Origin: Anaeroplasmataceae bacterium
GTDB lineage: Bacteria; Bacillota_I; Bacilli_A; Acholeplasmatales; JAEDCM01
Length of the DNA: 64,000 nucleotides
NCBI GenBank assembly: GCA_016294165.1
Contig: JAEDCM010000003.1
Coordinates: 15,703-79,702 of the forward strand
Direction of reading: 5' to 3'
The translations under genes were made by a program, and so were the position numbers. A model generated the notes under the pieces. That model had not been told where the DNA came from. It searched no databases and saw only the letters and a program-made list of their open reading frames with translations. Shown here one piece after another: positions 1 through 9,155 of this stretch (position 1 is its first letter; each line of letters begins with the position of its first letter).

Positions 1-138
1 AAACTTTGTAATTTAATTAATGATGGCTACTATTTAAGTGGCCATTTTTATATTAATATAAAAAATTTGCTTTTTACTATTTCAATTTAAAGTAATAAGG
101 TTTATAATAATTTTAAGGTATTTTTGGAGGGATTAAAA

Positions 139-1200
139 ATGGAATTAAAAATAATAAAATCAAACGAACTAAAAAAGAAGCCTGAGGGAGCTTTAGGTTT
201 TGGAAAATATTTCTCTGACCATATGTTCGTAATGGATTATCAAGATGGTAAATGGCAAAATGCGCGTATTGAGAAATACGGACCACTTTTAATGGATCCA
301 TCAATGTGTACATTTCATTATGCGCAAGAGACTTTTGAAGGCTTAAAGGCTTATAAAGCAGTGGATGGTCGTACATTATTATTTAGGCCAAATAAGAATT
401 TTGCAAGATTGAATAAATCAAATGAAAGATTATGCATTCCAACATTTGATGAAGACTTTGTATTATATGCTTTAAAGGAATTGGTAAAGATTGATCGTGA
501 TTGGATTCCAACTGAACCAAATACATCATTATATATTAGACCATTCTGTATTGCGACTGATGAAACTGTTGGAGCTCATACTTCTCATAATTATAAGTTT
601 ATTATTATTCTTTCACCTGTTGGAACTTATTATAAGGAAGGTTTAAACCCAGTTAAAATTATGGTTGAGACAAATTATGTAAGAGCTGTAAAGGGTGGAG
701 TTGGATTTGCGAAAACTGGTGGAAACTATGCTTCAAGCTTAAGAGCTCAAGAGGATGCAGCTGCTAAAGGATATTCACAAGTTCTTTGGTTAGATGGTGT
801 TGAGCGTAAGTATGTTGAAGAAGTAGGAACAATGAATGTAATGTTTAAAATTAATGGTGAAGTTATCACTCCATCATTAGAAGGAAGCATCCTTGCTGGT
901 GTAACTAGAGATTCAATTATTCACGTATTAAAGGATATGGGAGTTAAAGTAACTGAAAGAAAGATTAGTATTGATGAGGTTTATGAAGCATATTTAAATG
1001 GAACATTAGAAGAAGCTTTCGGTACTGGTACAGCTGCGGTTATTTCTCCAATTGGAGTTCTTGGATGGAAGGATAAGGTTATGACAATTAATAATGGAGA
1101 AACAGGACCTCTATCTAAGAAATTATATGAAACATTAACTGGTATCCAAAAGGGTGAAATTGAAGATAAATTCAATTGGACTGTTGATGTAGATAAATAA
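139..1200 (+). CDS. ilvE: Branched-chain amino acid aminotransferase (class IV, PLP-dependent)
   Basis: 358-aa ORF with a typical BCAT-like N-terminus (MELKIIKSNELKKKPEGALGFGKYFSDHMF); GGAGGG RBS about 7 nt before the ATG at 139, so the track start at 124 is probably too early. Confidence 0.88.
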   Translation: MELKIIKSNELKKKPEGALGFGKYFSDHMFVMDYQDGKWQNARIEKYGPLLMDPSMCTFHYAQETFEGLKAYKAVDGRTLLFRPNKNFARLNKSNERLCIPTFDEDFVLYALKELVKIDRDWIPTEPNTSLYIRPFCIATDETVGAHTSHNYKFIIILSPVGTYYKEGLNPVKIMVETNYVRAVKGGVGFAKTGGNYASSLRAQEDAAAKGYSQVLWLDGVERKYVEEVGTMNVMFKINGEVITPSLEGSILAGVTRDSIIHVLKDMGVKVTERKISIDEVYEAYLNGTLEEAFGTGTAAVISPIGVLGWKDKVMTINNGETGPLSKKLYETLTGIQKGEIEDKFNWTVDVDK

Positions 1201-1206
1201 TAAATT

Positions 1207-1240
1207 ATCTCTTATGTGTAATGCATAAGAGATTTTTTTA
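1207..1240. terminator. Bidirectional intrinsic terminator between ilvE and the HD-GYP gene
   Basis: Inverted repeat atctcttatg/cataagagat followed by a T7 run (and A-run on the opposite strand) in the convergent intergenic region. Confidence 0.7.
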
Positions 1241-1257
1241 TGAAAAAAAGATGAGAT

Positions 1258-2895
1258 TTACTCATCTTTATAATCATCGTGAATTTTAACTAATTCTTTA
1301 AATTTCTTTTTGAATATTTCAACAATTCTTGGATCAAATTGTTTTCCACTTTCTGAAACAATAATATTATATACTTCATTAGGTGGAAGACCATCTTTAT
1401 ATGATCTCTTGCTTATTAAAGCATCGAAGACATCTGCAACAGCAATTAAACGTCCGATTGTGTGAATTTCGTTTCCTTTTAATCCTAAATATCCATTTCC
1501 GTCCCATCTTTCATGATGTTCCTTAATCATGATTTTAGCAAGGTTCATTACATCACCTGGACAGTTTTTGATTAAATCAACACCTTGAGTAACATGGGTT
1601 TTAATGATTTTATATTCTTCATCAGTTAATGAATGCTTTTTCTCGAGAATTTCACTTGGAATAAATATTTTACCAATATCGTGCATCATTGAGGCTATAC
1701 CAATTTTTTCAGAATATTCAGCGGAGAATCCAGCTTCTTTTGCTAGGACTGTCATATATTCGCGAACACGTCTAATGTGATTACCTGTTTGATGTGATTT
1801 GCTATCAGTAATAGAAGAGAAAGCATAAATCATCTCAGATTGAGTATCTAATAAATCTAGGGTAAGCTTTAAGTTTTTAATCGCAATTCCCATATTGTTT
1901 GTAAGGATTTGGATGATATCTCTAAGGGTTCCTAAATCCTCCGCAGTTATTTGACAATCGACGATAATAAATCTTATTAATCCTTTTTCATTATAAAATT
2001 TAATGATAATACTATTATTATTTATTTCAAAGCTATTAGTACGATCAAGACGCTCAGTTTTAATTGTAAGCATTTGATTTGCTGTTCCTAATGTTAATTC
2101 GCCATTAATTGGCATTAGTGTTGAGTACAATTTTCCACTTTTAATAACGGAGAATGATTTATTGCTTAAATGTCCAAAATAGATTCCTTGATTATATTGT
2201 GGATTAATAAAAGGTCTAATTGCATCTTTTAGAGCCTTTTCACATGTTTCATAAAATTCATTTAAGTTCTTTGATGAAAAGATATCAATTGAATTTGAAA
2301 TAGTTTGATCTAATGAACGATTCTCATCATTAATTTGTTTTGATTTATCATTTGCTAGTTCATATAGCCTAGAAGAATAACGCATTGCTAGAATAACATA
2401 TATTGTAATTGCAATGTAGACTAAAATAAAGGATAATACTTCATTTTTTAATAAAATCTTAAAATCATCAAAACCATCATATTTTAATTGCAATCTAATA
2501 ATTGAACAAACAACTGCAGCTATTAAAACAGTGATAAATGAAATAGAATTAAGCTTTTTATCTAAATATAGATTTAACATTAATGCTGGTGCTAATAAAA
2601 TAATCATTACGGGATATTTTAAAAATGTCACAATTATTGAAAATCCAATGATTGAAGTAAATAAAATAACATATTTTATATATTGCTTTTCGTTATGAAA
2701 AAAATCAACAAAAATGGTTGGAAGAAGGAAGAATACTATCGCAGGTAGAAATGCATATCCATCTTCATTTAGCTTATTAAAGGGTGTAATATCTATTAGC
2801 GATAAAATAACTATTATGAATACAATGTAACTAATTACTCGTAATATCCTTGACAAGACTTTGTTGACTTCTATATCTCTATTTTCTAAATCCAT
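1258..2895 (-). CDS. 7TM-receptor with HD-GYP-type phosphohydrolase domain (c-di-GMP phosphodiesterase family, GYL variant)
   Basis: N-terminal about 200 aa multi-TM hydrophobic region; C-terminal HD motif (MMHDIGKIFIP) and HHERWDGNGYLGL (HD-GYP signature with GYL instead of GYP). Confidence 0.75.
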   Translation of the reverse strand: MDLENRDIEVNKVLSRILRVISYIVFIIVILSLIDITPFNKLNEDGYAFLPAIVFFLLPTIFVDFFHNEKQYIKYVILFTSIIGFSIIVTFLKYPVMIILLAPALMLNLYLDKKLNSISFITVLIAAVVCSIIRLQLKYDGFDDFKILLKNEVLSFILVYIAITIYVILAMRYSSRLYELANDKSKQINDENRSLDQTISNSIDIFSSKNLNEFYETCEKALKDAIRPFINPQYNQGIYFGHLSNKSFSVIKSGKLYSTLMPINGELTLGTANQMLTIKTERLDRTNSFEINNNSIIIKFYNEKGLIRFIIVDCQITAEDLGTLRDIIQILTNNMGIAIKNLKLTLDLLDTQSEMIYAFSSITDSKSHQTGNHIRRVREYMTVLAKEAGFSAEYSEKIGIASMMHDIGKIFIPSEILEKKHSLTDEEYKIIKTHVTQGVDLIKNCPGDVMNLAKIMIKEHHERWDGNGYLGLKGNEIHTIGRLIAVADVFDALISKRSYKDGLPPNEVYNIIVSESGKQFDPRIVEIFKKKFKELVKIHDDYKDE

Positions 2896-3063
2896 AAATT
2901 TATATGGTCAAAACTATATTATTCTTGTAAAAAAGAATTAAATATTTAGTATGTATATAATGTTTTGACTTTCTCCTTTCCTAAAAAATTATATTTATTT
3001 ATAAATATATTTTAATCTAAATAATATAGTTTATCAAGAGATTAAGCCTTTAAATAAAAAATA

Positions 3064-3735
3064 TTACTTTTGTTTTACAATTACTAATTTATCGTCGATA
3101 TATAATCCTAATAAAACATTGTTTAATTCATATTTTTGCTTCTTAAGTTCATTATAAATCCATTGTTCTGTTTTGTTTATCTTTAATAGATTATCTTTAA
3201 GAATTTTTTTATCGATAATCAGAGTTATCGGTAGTTTGTTATGGAACTTTTTGATGTTTAGGTCCTTGCAGGTTGGTGTTTGATATTTTTCATAGGGCAG
3301 AAAGCTGATTTTTCCATTGTTTTCCATTATGGCATAAGCAATTTCTGTTATATTAAAATATCCAGCAATCCGCGCTTCAGTTAGTAATTCATTGACTTCA
3401 ATTAAACCTTTTTTCATGTTTTCTTTAATTAGGACACCATTATCGATGAGAATAATAGGTGTACCATTAATCATTTTTCTTATAAAATTACTTTTGATGG
3501 TAATGTAATTAGAAAAAACGGCAACCAATGTATAAACTCCCATACTTAAAAATCCATGTAAATAAATATATTCGGTATTGATTGCCATTTCAGCCGCAAT
3601 GGAACCCATTGATATACCAATTACATAGTCAAAGAAGTTTAATTGGGAAATTTGTCTATGTCCAAGCAGTTTTGTCATTAAAAATAAAAAAGAGATTGAG
3701 ATTAGCGATCTAAAAATTATATTGATTAAATCCAT
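3064..3735 (-). CDS. DUF421/YetF-family membrane protein
   Basis: 223 aa, N-terminal TM helices and motif NFFDYVIGISMGSIAAEMA typical of YetF/DUF421. Confidence 0.65.
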   Translation of the reverse strand: MDLINIIFRSLISISFLFLMTKLLGHRQISQLNFFDYVIGISMGSIAAEMAINTEYIYLHGFLSMGVYTLVAVFSNYITIKSNFIRKMINGTPIILIDNGVLIKENMKKGLIEVNELLTEARIAGYFNITEIAYAIMENNGKISFLPYEKYQTPTCKDLNIKKFHNKLPITLIIDKKILKDNLLKINKTEQWIYNELKKQKYELNNVLLGLYIDDKLVIVKQK

Positions 3736-3782
3736 AAATAACCACCAATTTTATTTTGAACATAAAACAAAAAAATAACCGA

Positions 3783-4838
3783 TTAAATAATAATCGGTTT
3801 CAAAAATTCCATTTTTTTAACATCTTTAAAATATTTTAAAGAATAAATTGCACTAGCTTTGATTTCAAAATCAAGGATGGGATTAATATTTTCTTTAACC
3901 TTGCTGATGATATTGATATCATTTTTAATTTTGCTTAAATATCCTTGACCTTTTTGGTTCATTCCTAATACTCTAATATATGGAGGGTTAGCATCTAATC
4001 CTTCCTTAAAGTCTAATAAATTCTTTAACAAATAACGATTTATTCTACTCTTAGTGTATCTTTTACTAACAAGAGAATCGATAAGGGTAGAAATAGAAGA
4101 ATTTGGCTCTATAAGCTTATTTTCTAATCCTTCATCCTTTATTAAGTTTCCACGACTGATTAAAAATCTTAAATAATCATAATAGCGTTTAAAATCATTA
4201 AATCCATGGGCCTGATAAAATAAAGAAACTTCAAGCGGAGTGTCATTATTGCAACCATACTCTCTAATATGTGAGGCACTGTTAAAATTTAAATTTCTTT
4301 TGATGGCTATTGGTTTTATTTTAGAATTTAATTTATTAATAGCTTTAATATAACATAGATTTAGGATATCACCACTTTTGGGTTCATCTAATCCAAATTC
4401 ATTAAAAGCTAGAGCGTTTGCCTTTGGATAACTATATCCTTCATCTAAATACTTTTTTACTTGATTATTAAAAGTTTCGGTAATAGATAATTCATATAAT
4501 TTATTTATGTAGTCTAAATCATTAGTTTCACTTCCAAAAATCATTTCATCAACTTTTAGTTGATTTAGTAAATAAACAGAAGCATAGGCAAAAATATCAG
4601 CATTTTGAATAGTGTAGTATGTTGGTAATTCAACAACTAGATCTACACCATATTTTAATGCTAGCTCAGTTTTAAAAAATTTATCAAATGGAGCTGGTTC
4701 ACCACGCATTGTATAGTTTCCACCTAAAATACAAACTAAAACATCACAATCTTTTTTTGCTTGTTCTAAGTGGTAAATATGGCCATTGTGCATGGGATTA
4801 TATTCAACAATTATTCCTCTAACTCGCATTAATGTCAC
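3783..4838 (-). CDS. tmcAL: tRNA(Met) cytidine acetate ligase (UPF0348/YlbM nucleotidyltransferase)
   Basis: N-terminal MRVRGIIVEYNPMHNGHIYHLEQAK (HxGH nucleotidyltransferase motif) matching the TmcAL/YlbM family; 351 aa. Confidence 0.7.
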   Translation of the reverse strand: MTLMRVRGIIVEYNPMHNGHIYHLEQAKKDCDVLVCILGGNYTMRGEPAPFDKFFKTELALKYGVDLVVELPTYYTIQNADIFAYASVYLLNQLKVDEMIFGSETNDLDYINKLYELSITETFNNQVKKYLDEGYSYPKANALAFNEFGLDEPKSGDILNLCYIKAINKLNSKIKPIAIKRNLNFNSASHIREYGCNNDTPLEVSLFYQAHGFNDFKRYYDYLRFLISRGNLIKDEGLENKLIEPNSSISTLIDSLVSKRYTKSRINRYLLKNLLDFKEGLDANPPYIRVLGMNQKGQGYLSKIKNDINIISKVKENINPILDFEIKASAIYSLKYFKDVKKMEFLKPIII

Positions 4839-4940
4839 CTCAACATTACTTATATTTTATATTATATATAATTATTATAAAAAATACTAGAAATAAGTTG
4901 ACATTATTGATAATATTAAGTATAATTTATAGGTGCTGAG

Positions 4941-5417
4941 GTGATGTTTATGAAGTGGACTTTAGGACAACTTGCAAAAATGCCTAAACCAATCATGGTA
5001 TCCTATGAGTTAGATTTAAAGGAACACTTAGATAAAATGACTGACTGCAAGGATATTGATATAGTCAAGGTTAATGTTACAGGATATGAAACAAGCTTTG
5101 ATGAATATGTATTTTCGTTAGATATTACTACGACATTGACAATGCAATGTGCGGTGACATTAGAGGATATTTTATATCCATTAAATGTTCACGCTGATGA
5201 AGTGTTTAGTACAACTAATGAAGATGGTGATGATGTAAATTTAGTTATAAACAATATGGTTGATTTAGATCCCGTTGTTTTAGCAAATATCATTATGTCA
5301 ATACCAATGAAAGTAGTTAAACCGGGTGCAGAGGATTTATTTGCTAGTGAAGATTCTTTTAATAAAGATGATAAGGTAAATCCAGCCTTTGCCGATTTAG
5401 AAGAATATTTAAAATAA
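4941..5417 (+). CDS. yceD: YceD/DUF177 family protein (ribosomal large-subunit accumulation protein)
   Basis: 158 aa acidic protein immediately upstream of rpmF, the conserved yceD-rpmF arrangement. Confidence 0.75.
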   Translation: MMFMKWTLGQLAKMPKPIMVSYELDLKEHLDKMTDCKDIDIVKVNVTGYETSFDEYVFSLDITTTLTMQCAVTLEDILYPLNVHADEVFSTTNEDGDDVNLVINNMVDLDPVVLANIIMSIPMKVVKPGAEDLFASEDSFNKDDKVNPAFADLEEYLK

Positions 5418-5435
5418 TTTTTAGGAGGTGAAAAT

Positions 5436-5621
5436 ATGGCAGTACCTTTTAGACGTACATCTAAGACAAAGAAACGTATGCGTCGTACACACTTTAAATT
5501 AAGCATGCCTGGTATGGTAATGTGTAAAAATTGTGGACAAATGATGTTATCACACCGCGTATGTCCAAGTTGTGGAAGTTATAACGGTAAACAAGTTGTA
5601 GCTCAAAAAGAAGAAAAATAA
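5436..5621 (+). CDS. rpmF: 50S ribosomal protein L32
   Basis: [22 protein letters not shown]... with Cys cluster CKNCGQ...CPSCG; GGAGGTG RBS. Confidence 0.95.
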   Translation: MAVPFRRTSKTKKRMRRTHFKLSMPGMVMCKNCGQMMLSHRVCPSCGSYNGKQVVAQKEEK

Positions 5622-5687
5622 TTTTAGAAATAGATGCAAACGGGCATCTATTTTCTATATATAGCGATATTTTGGAGGTGAATATAA

Positions 5688-6608
5688 ATGGAACATATCA
5701 CTGTTTTGTTAAATGAAGGAGTAGATAGTCTTAATATCAATCCTGATGGGATTTATGTGGATGCAACCCTCGGTGGAGGCGGACATTCTAGTTTAATTTT
5801 ATCTAAGCTTAAAAATGGTCATTTATATTCATTTGACCAAGATGAATATGCAATTAATAAGGCTAAGTCTCGTTTAGATAGTGTTGGGAGCAATTACACA
5901 ATAATTAAGTCTAATTTTTGTAATTTAAAGGAAGAATTAAATAAATTAGGTGTGATGAATATTGACGGAATTATTTATGATTTAGGGGTATCATCATTTC
6001 AATTTGATGATGGAGAAAGAGGATTCTCATATAATTATGAGGCGAGATTAGATATGCGCATGAATAAGGAACAAGCATTAAGTGCATATGAGATTATTAA
6101 TGAATATTCATTAGAAGAGATTTCTAATATTTTATATCGCTATGGTGAAGAAGATTTTGCTAGAAAAATTGCATCAGAGATTGTTAAGGAACGAAATAAT
6201 AAACCAATTGAAACAACAATTGATTTAGTTAATGTTATAAAAAAAGCTTTGCCACAAAAGATCTTAAATAAGAAGGGACATCCTGCAAAGAAAACCTTTC
6301 AAGCGTTAAGGATTGCGGTAAATGATGAATTAAGAGTATTTGAAAAATCGCTTTATGATGCGATTGATATGCTAAATAAGAATGGTAGAGTTGTTGTGAT
6401 TAGTTTTCATTCATTAGAGGATCGTATTTGTAAACAAATATTTAAAGAAAAATCAACTATATATATTCCTAAGGGATTACCAGTTATTAATAATGAGGTT
6501 GCTCCTTTAGAAATAATTAGTAAAAAACCAATTCTTCCTAGTGATGAGGAAGTCTTAAATAATAATAGATCGCATAGTGCAAAAATGCGTGTCGCGAAAA
6601 GGAATTGA
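5688..6608 (+). CDS. rsmH: 16S rRNA (cytosine1402-N4)-methyltransferase RsmH (MraW)
   Basis: VDATLGGGGHS SAM-binding motif, 306 aa, GGAGGTG RBS. Confidence 0.9.
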   Translation: MEHITVLLNEGVDSLNINPDGIYVDATLGGGGHSSLILSKLKNGHLYSFDQDEYAINKAKSRLDSVGSNYTIIKSNFCNLKEELNKLGVMNIDGIIYDLGVSSFQFDDGERGFSYNYEARLDMRMNKEQALSAYEIINEYSLEEISNILYRYGEEDFARKIASEIVKERNNKPIETTIDLVNVIKKALPQKILNKKGHPAKKTFQALRIAVNDELRVFEKSLYDAIDMLNKNGRVVVISFHSLEDRICKQIFKEKSTIYIPKGLPVINNEVAPLEIISKKPILPSDEEVLNNNRSHSAKMRVAKRN

Positions 6609-6612
6609 TAAT

Positions 6613-8184
6613 ATGTTAAAAGCAATAAACGTTGGAGTTAGATATGGTTCAAGAAAATTGTTTGAAGAGGTAAATTTAGAATTCACTTCTGGAAATTGTT
6701 ACGGAATCATTGGAGCAAATGGAGCTGGTAAGTCAACATTTATTAAAATTTTATCTGGTGAGATTGAGCCAACAAGCGGGCAAGTAATTATTGGCCCAAA
6801 TCAAAGAATGTCCGTTTTAAGGCAAAATCAAAATGCTTATGATGATAAGACCGTTTTAGATACTGTTTTATTAGGACATAAGAGACTTGTGGAAATTATG
6901 GAAGAAAAGAATGCTTTATATTGTAAGGACCCATTTACTGATGAGGATGGAATTAAACTTGGTGAATTAGAAGGTGAATTTGCGGATCTTAATGGGTGGG
7001 AAGCCGAGAGTGATGCGGCTACCTTATTAAATGGATTAGGAGTAAGTGAAGAATTCCATTATTCATTGATGGCAGATTTGGATGGTAAGCAAAAGGTTAA
7101 GGTTTTATTAGCCCAAGCAATTTTTGGTAATCCGGATATTTTATTATTGGATGAGCCTACTAATAACTTAGATATTAAGGCGACTCGTTGGTTGGAAAAT
7201 TTCTTGGCTAATTTTGATAATACTGTATTAGTTGTATCACATGACCGCCATTTTTTAAATAACGTTTGTACTCATATTTGTGATGTTGATTATGGTAAAA
7301 TCAATTTATATGCTGGAAACTATGAGTTTTGGTATGAGTCTAGTCAACTAGCTTTAAAACAAGCAAAGGATCAAAATAAAAAGAGTGAACAAAAAATAAA
7401 AGAACTTGAAGAATTTATTGCTAGATTTAGCGCAAATGCTTCTAAAAGCAAGCAAGCAACATCAAGAAAGAAGTTATTAGATAAGATAGTATTAGAGGAA
7501 ATTAAGCCTTCTACACGTAGATATCCATTCATTGAATGGAAGGCTGATCGTGAGGTTGGTAATGATATTCTATTTGTTGAAAACCTTACTGTTAACGGAT
7601 TATTTGAAAACTTAAGCTTTACCGTTAATAAAAATGATAAGATTGGATTGATCTCTTCAAACAGCTTAGTTATCACGGCTTTATTTAATGTTTTATCTGG
7701 TAAGATTAAGCCGGATGGTGGAACATTTAAATGGGGAGTAACAACATCATTATCATATCTTCCACAAGCAAATGATGAGTTTTTTAATGTTGATTTGACG
7801 TTAGTTGATTGGTTAAGACAATACAGTGATGATCAAAATGAAACATTTATTCGTGGATTCTTAGGGCGTATGCTATTTAGTGGAGAAGAGGCACTAAAAA
7901 AATCAAATGTTTTAAGTGGAGGGGAAAAGGTAAGGTGTATGCTTTCAAGAATGATGCTTTCTGGAAGTAATGTATTACTATTAGATGAACCAACTAACCA
8001 TTTAGATTTGGAGAGCATCCAAAGCTTAAACAAAGGTATGTCAATGTTTAGAGGTAATATGCTATTTACAACTCATGATGCAGAAATTATGCAAACAGTT
8101 GGTAATCGTTTCATCCTAATTGAAAAGGATAAGGTTATTGATAAGGTTTGTACATATGAAGAATTTTGCGATTATTTAGGATAA
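6613..8184 (+). CDS. ABC-F family ATPase (two tandem ABC cassettes, no TMD)
   Basis: Two Walker A motifs (GANGAGKST; second degenerate), LSGG signature twice, inter-domain linker; AAGGAA RBS before the ATG at 6613 (track start 6577 overlaps rsmH). Confidence 0.8.
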   Translation: MLKAINVGVRYGSRKLFEEVNLEFTSGNCYGIIGANGAGKSTFIKILSGEIEPTSGQVIIGPNQRMSVLRQNQNAYDDKTVLDTVLLGHKRLVEIMEEKNALYCKDPFTDEDGIKLGELEGEFADLNGWEAESDAATLLNGLGVSEEFHYSLMADLDGKQKVKVLLAQAIFGNPDILLLDEPTNNLDIKATRWLENFLANFDNTVLVVSHDRHFLNNVCTHICDVDYGKINLYAGNYEFWYESSQLALKQAKDQNKKSEQKIKELEEFIARFSANASKSKQATSRKKLLDKIVLEEIKPSTRRYPFIEWKADREVGNDILFVENLTVNGLFENLSFTVNKNDKIGLISSNSLVITALFNVLSGKIKPDGGTFKWGVTTSLSYLPQANDEFFNVDLTLVDWLRQYSDDQNETFIRGFLGRMLFSGEEALKKSNVLSGGEKVRCMLSRMMLSGSNVLLLDEPTNHLDLESIQSLNKGMSMFRGNMLFTTHDAEIMQTVGNRFILIEKDKVIDKVCTYEEFCDYLG

Positions 8185-8186
8185 AA

Positions 8187-8240
8187 AAAGCTGTGAAAAA
8201 CCTTGTTTTTAAAAATAGGCTTTCACAGCTTTTTTTATTT
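8187..8240. terminator. Bidirectional intrinsic terminator
   Basis: agctgtgaaa ... tttcacagct inverted repeat flanked by A-run and T-run, between convergent ABC-F and isomerase genes. Confidence 0.65.
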
Positions 8241-9074
8241 TAACAATTCTTTAATATAAGCTAAGCTTGTTGTCATGCTTTCAAATGGAACACCCTCAAA
8301 TACTAAATATGCATTAGGACAGTTTTCTTTAGCTTTTTTGACAATGTATTTTAAATCCATCATCCCTTCACCTAATCCAACGCGTTTTAATGGTTGTTCA
8401 TTCATTGTGAAGTCTTTTAAGTGGAAAATACGGATCTTATCCTTGAAAAGATCAATACATTCATCAATTATTTGGTGCTGGTATTCTACACTATAATTTT
8501 GTTCATTTAAATAGTTGTAAACATCCACTGTAATAAACATATGACCATTATCGATATCATCTAATAATCTTTTTAATGCTTTTGGTTGGTAGATGCAATG
8601 ACCATCAGCACCTTCGATACAAATGTTAGAATTTACTTCCTTAGCATAGCTGATGATATCTGTAAAAATTCTTTTAACCTCTTGATAAGCTTCTTCGGTA
8701 CGGTTTAAAGGATTATATGTCCATTTGTCATCATTGAAAGAACCAGTTTCAGTCCCAACATATAAAGTGTTAAATTTATGGGCAAATCTTAAATGATCTT
8801 TAAATTTTAAAATGTTTTTATTTACTGTCTCTTTGTTAGAATGAACAGGGTTAAAGTATGACCCAATAAGTGGAATGATTAATCCTTCATCGCTAAAGGC
8901 TTTAGCCATTTCATCTAATCTTTCATCGCTCATACTACCAGCCTGAGCAGTCTCATTGATAATGCATTTATTGATTGCTAATTGAAGACCATCAAAGCCT
9001 AATTCTTTGATTTTTTTCGCTAATGTTTTTTCATCAGTTTTTCCAACATCATGGGCTCTAACTATAATTTTCAT
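8235..9074 (-). CDS. Sugar phosphate isomerase/epimerase (xylose-isomerase-like TIM barrel)
   Basis: 279 aa, TIM-barrel isomerase/AP-endonuclease-2-like composition; function inferred from family-level resemblance only. Confidence 0.55.
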   Translation of the reverse strand: MKIIVRAHDVGKTDEKTLAKKIKELGFDGLQLAINKCIINETAQAGSMSDERLDEMAKAFSDEGLIIPLIGSYFNPVHSNKETVNKNILKFKDHLRFAHKFNTLYVGTETGSFNDDKWTYNPLNRTEEAYQEVKRIFTDIISYAKEVNSNICIEGADGHCIYQPKALKRLLDDIDNGHMFITVDVYNYLNEQNYSVEYQHQIIDECIDLFKDKIRIFHLKDFTMNEQPLKRVGLGEGMMDLKYIVKKAKENCPNAYLVFEGVPFESMTTSLAYIKELLK

Positions 9075-9155
9075 ATTTATATCTCCTTATATTTTTGTTA
9101 TAATTATATTATAATTCTTTTAATTTAGATTTTCAAATAAAATAGAGGTGAGAAT

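Noticed and set aside
1-138. Possible T-box/attenuator upstream of ilvE (hairpin atggctac/gtggccat plus a T-run at about 22-50)
   Set aside because: No conserved T-box sequence (AGGGTGGNACCGCG-like) is present in the available 138 nt. The hairpin is more simply the terminator of the gene upstream of the window.
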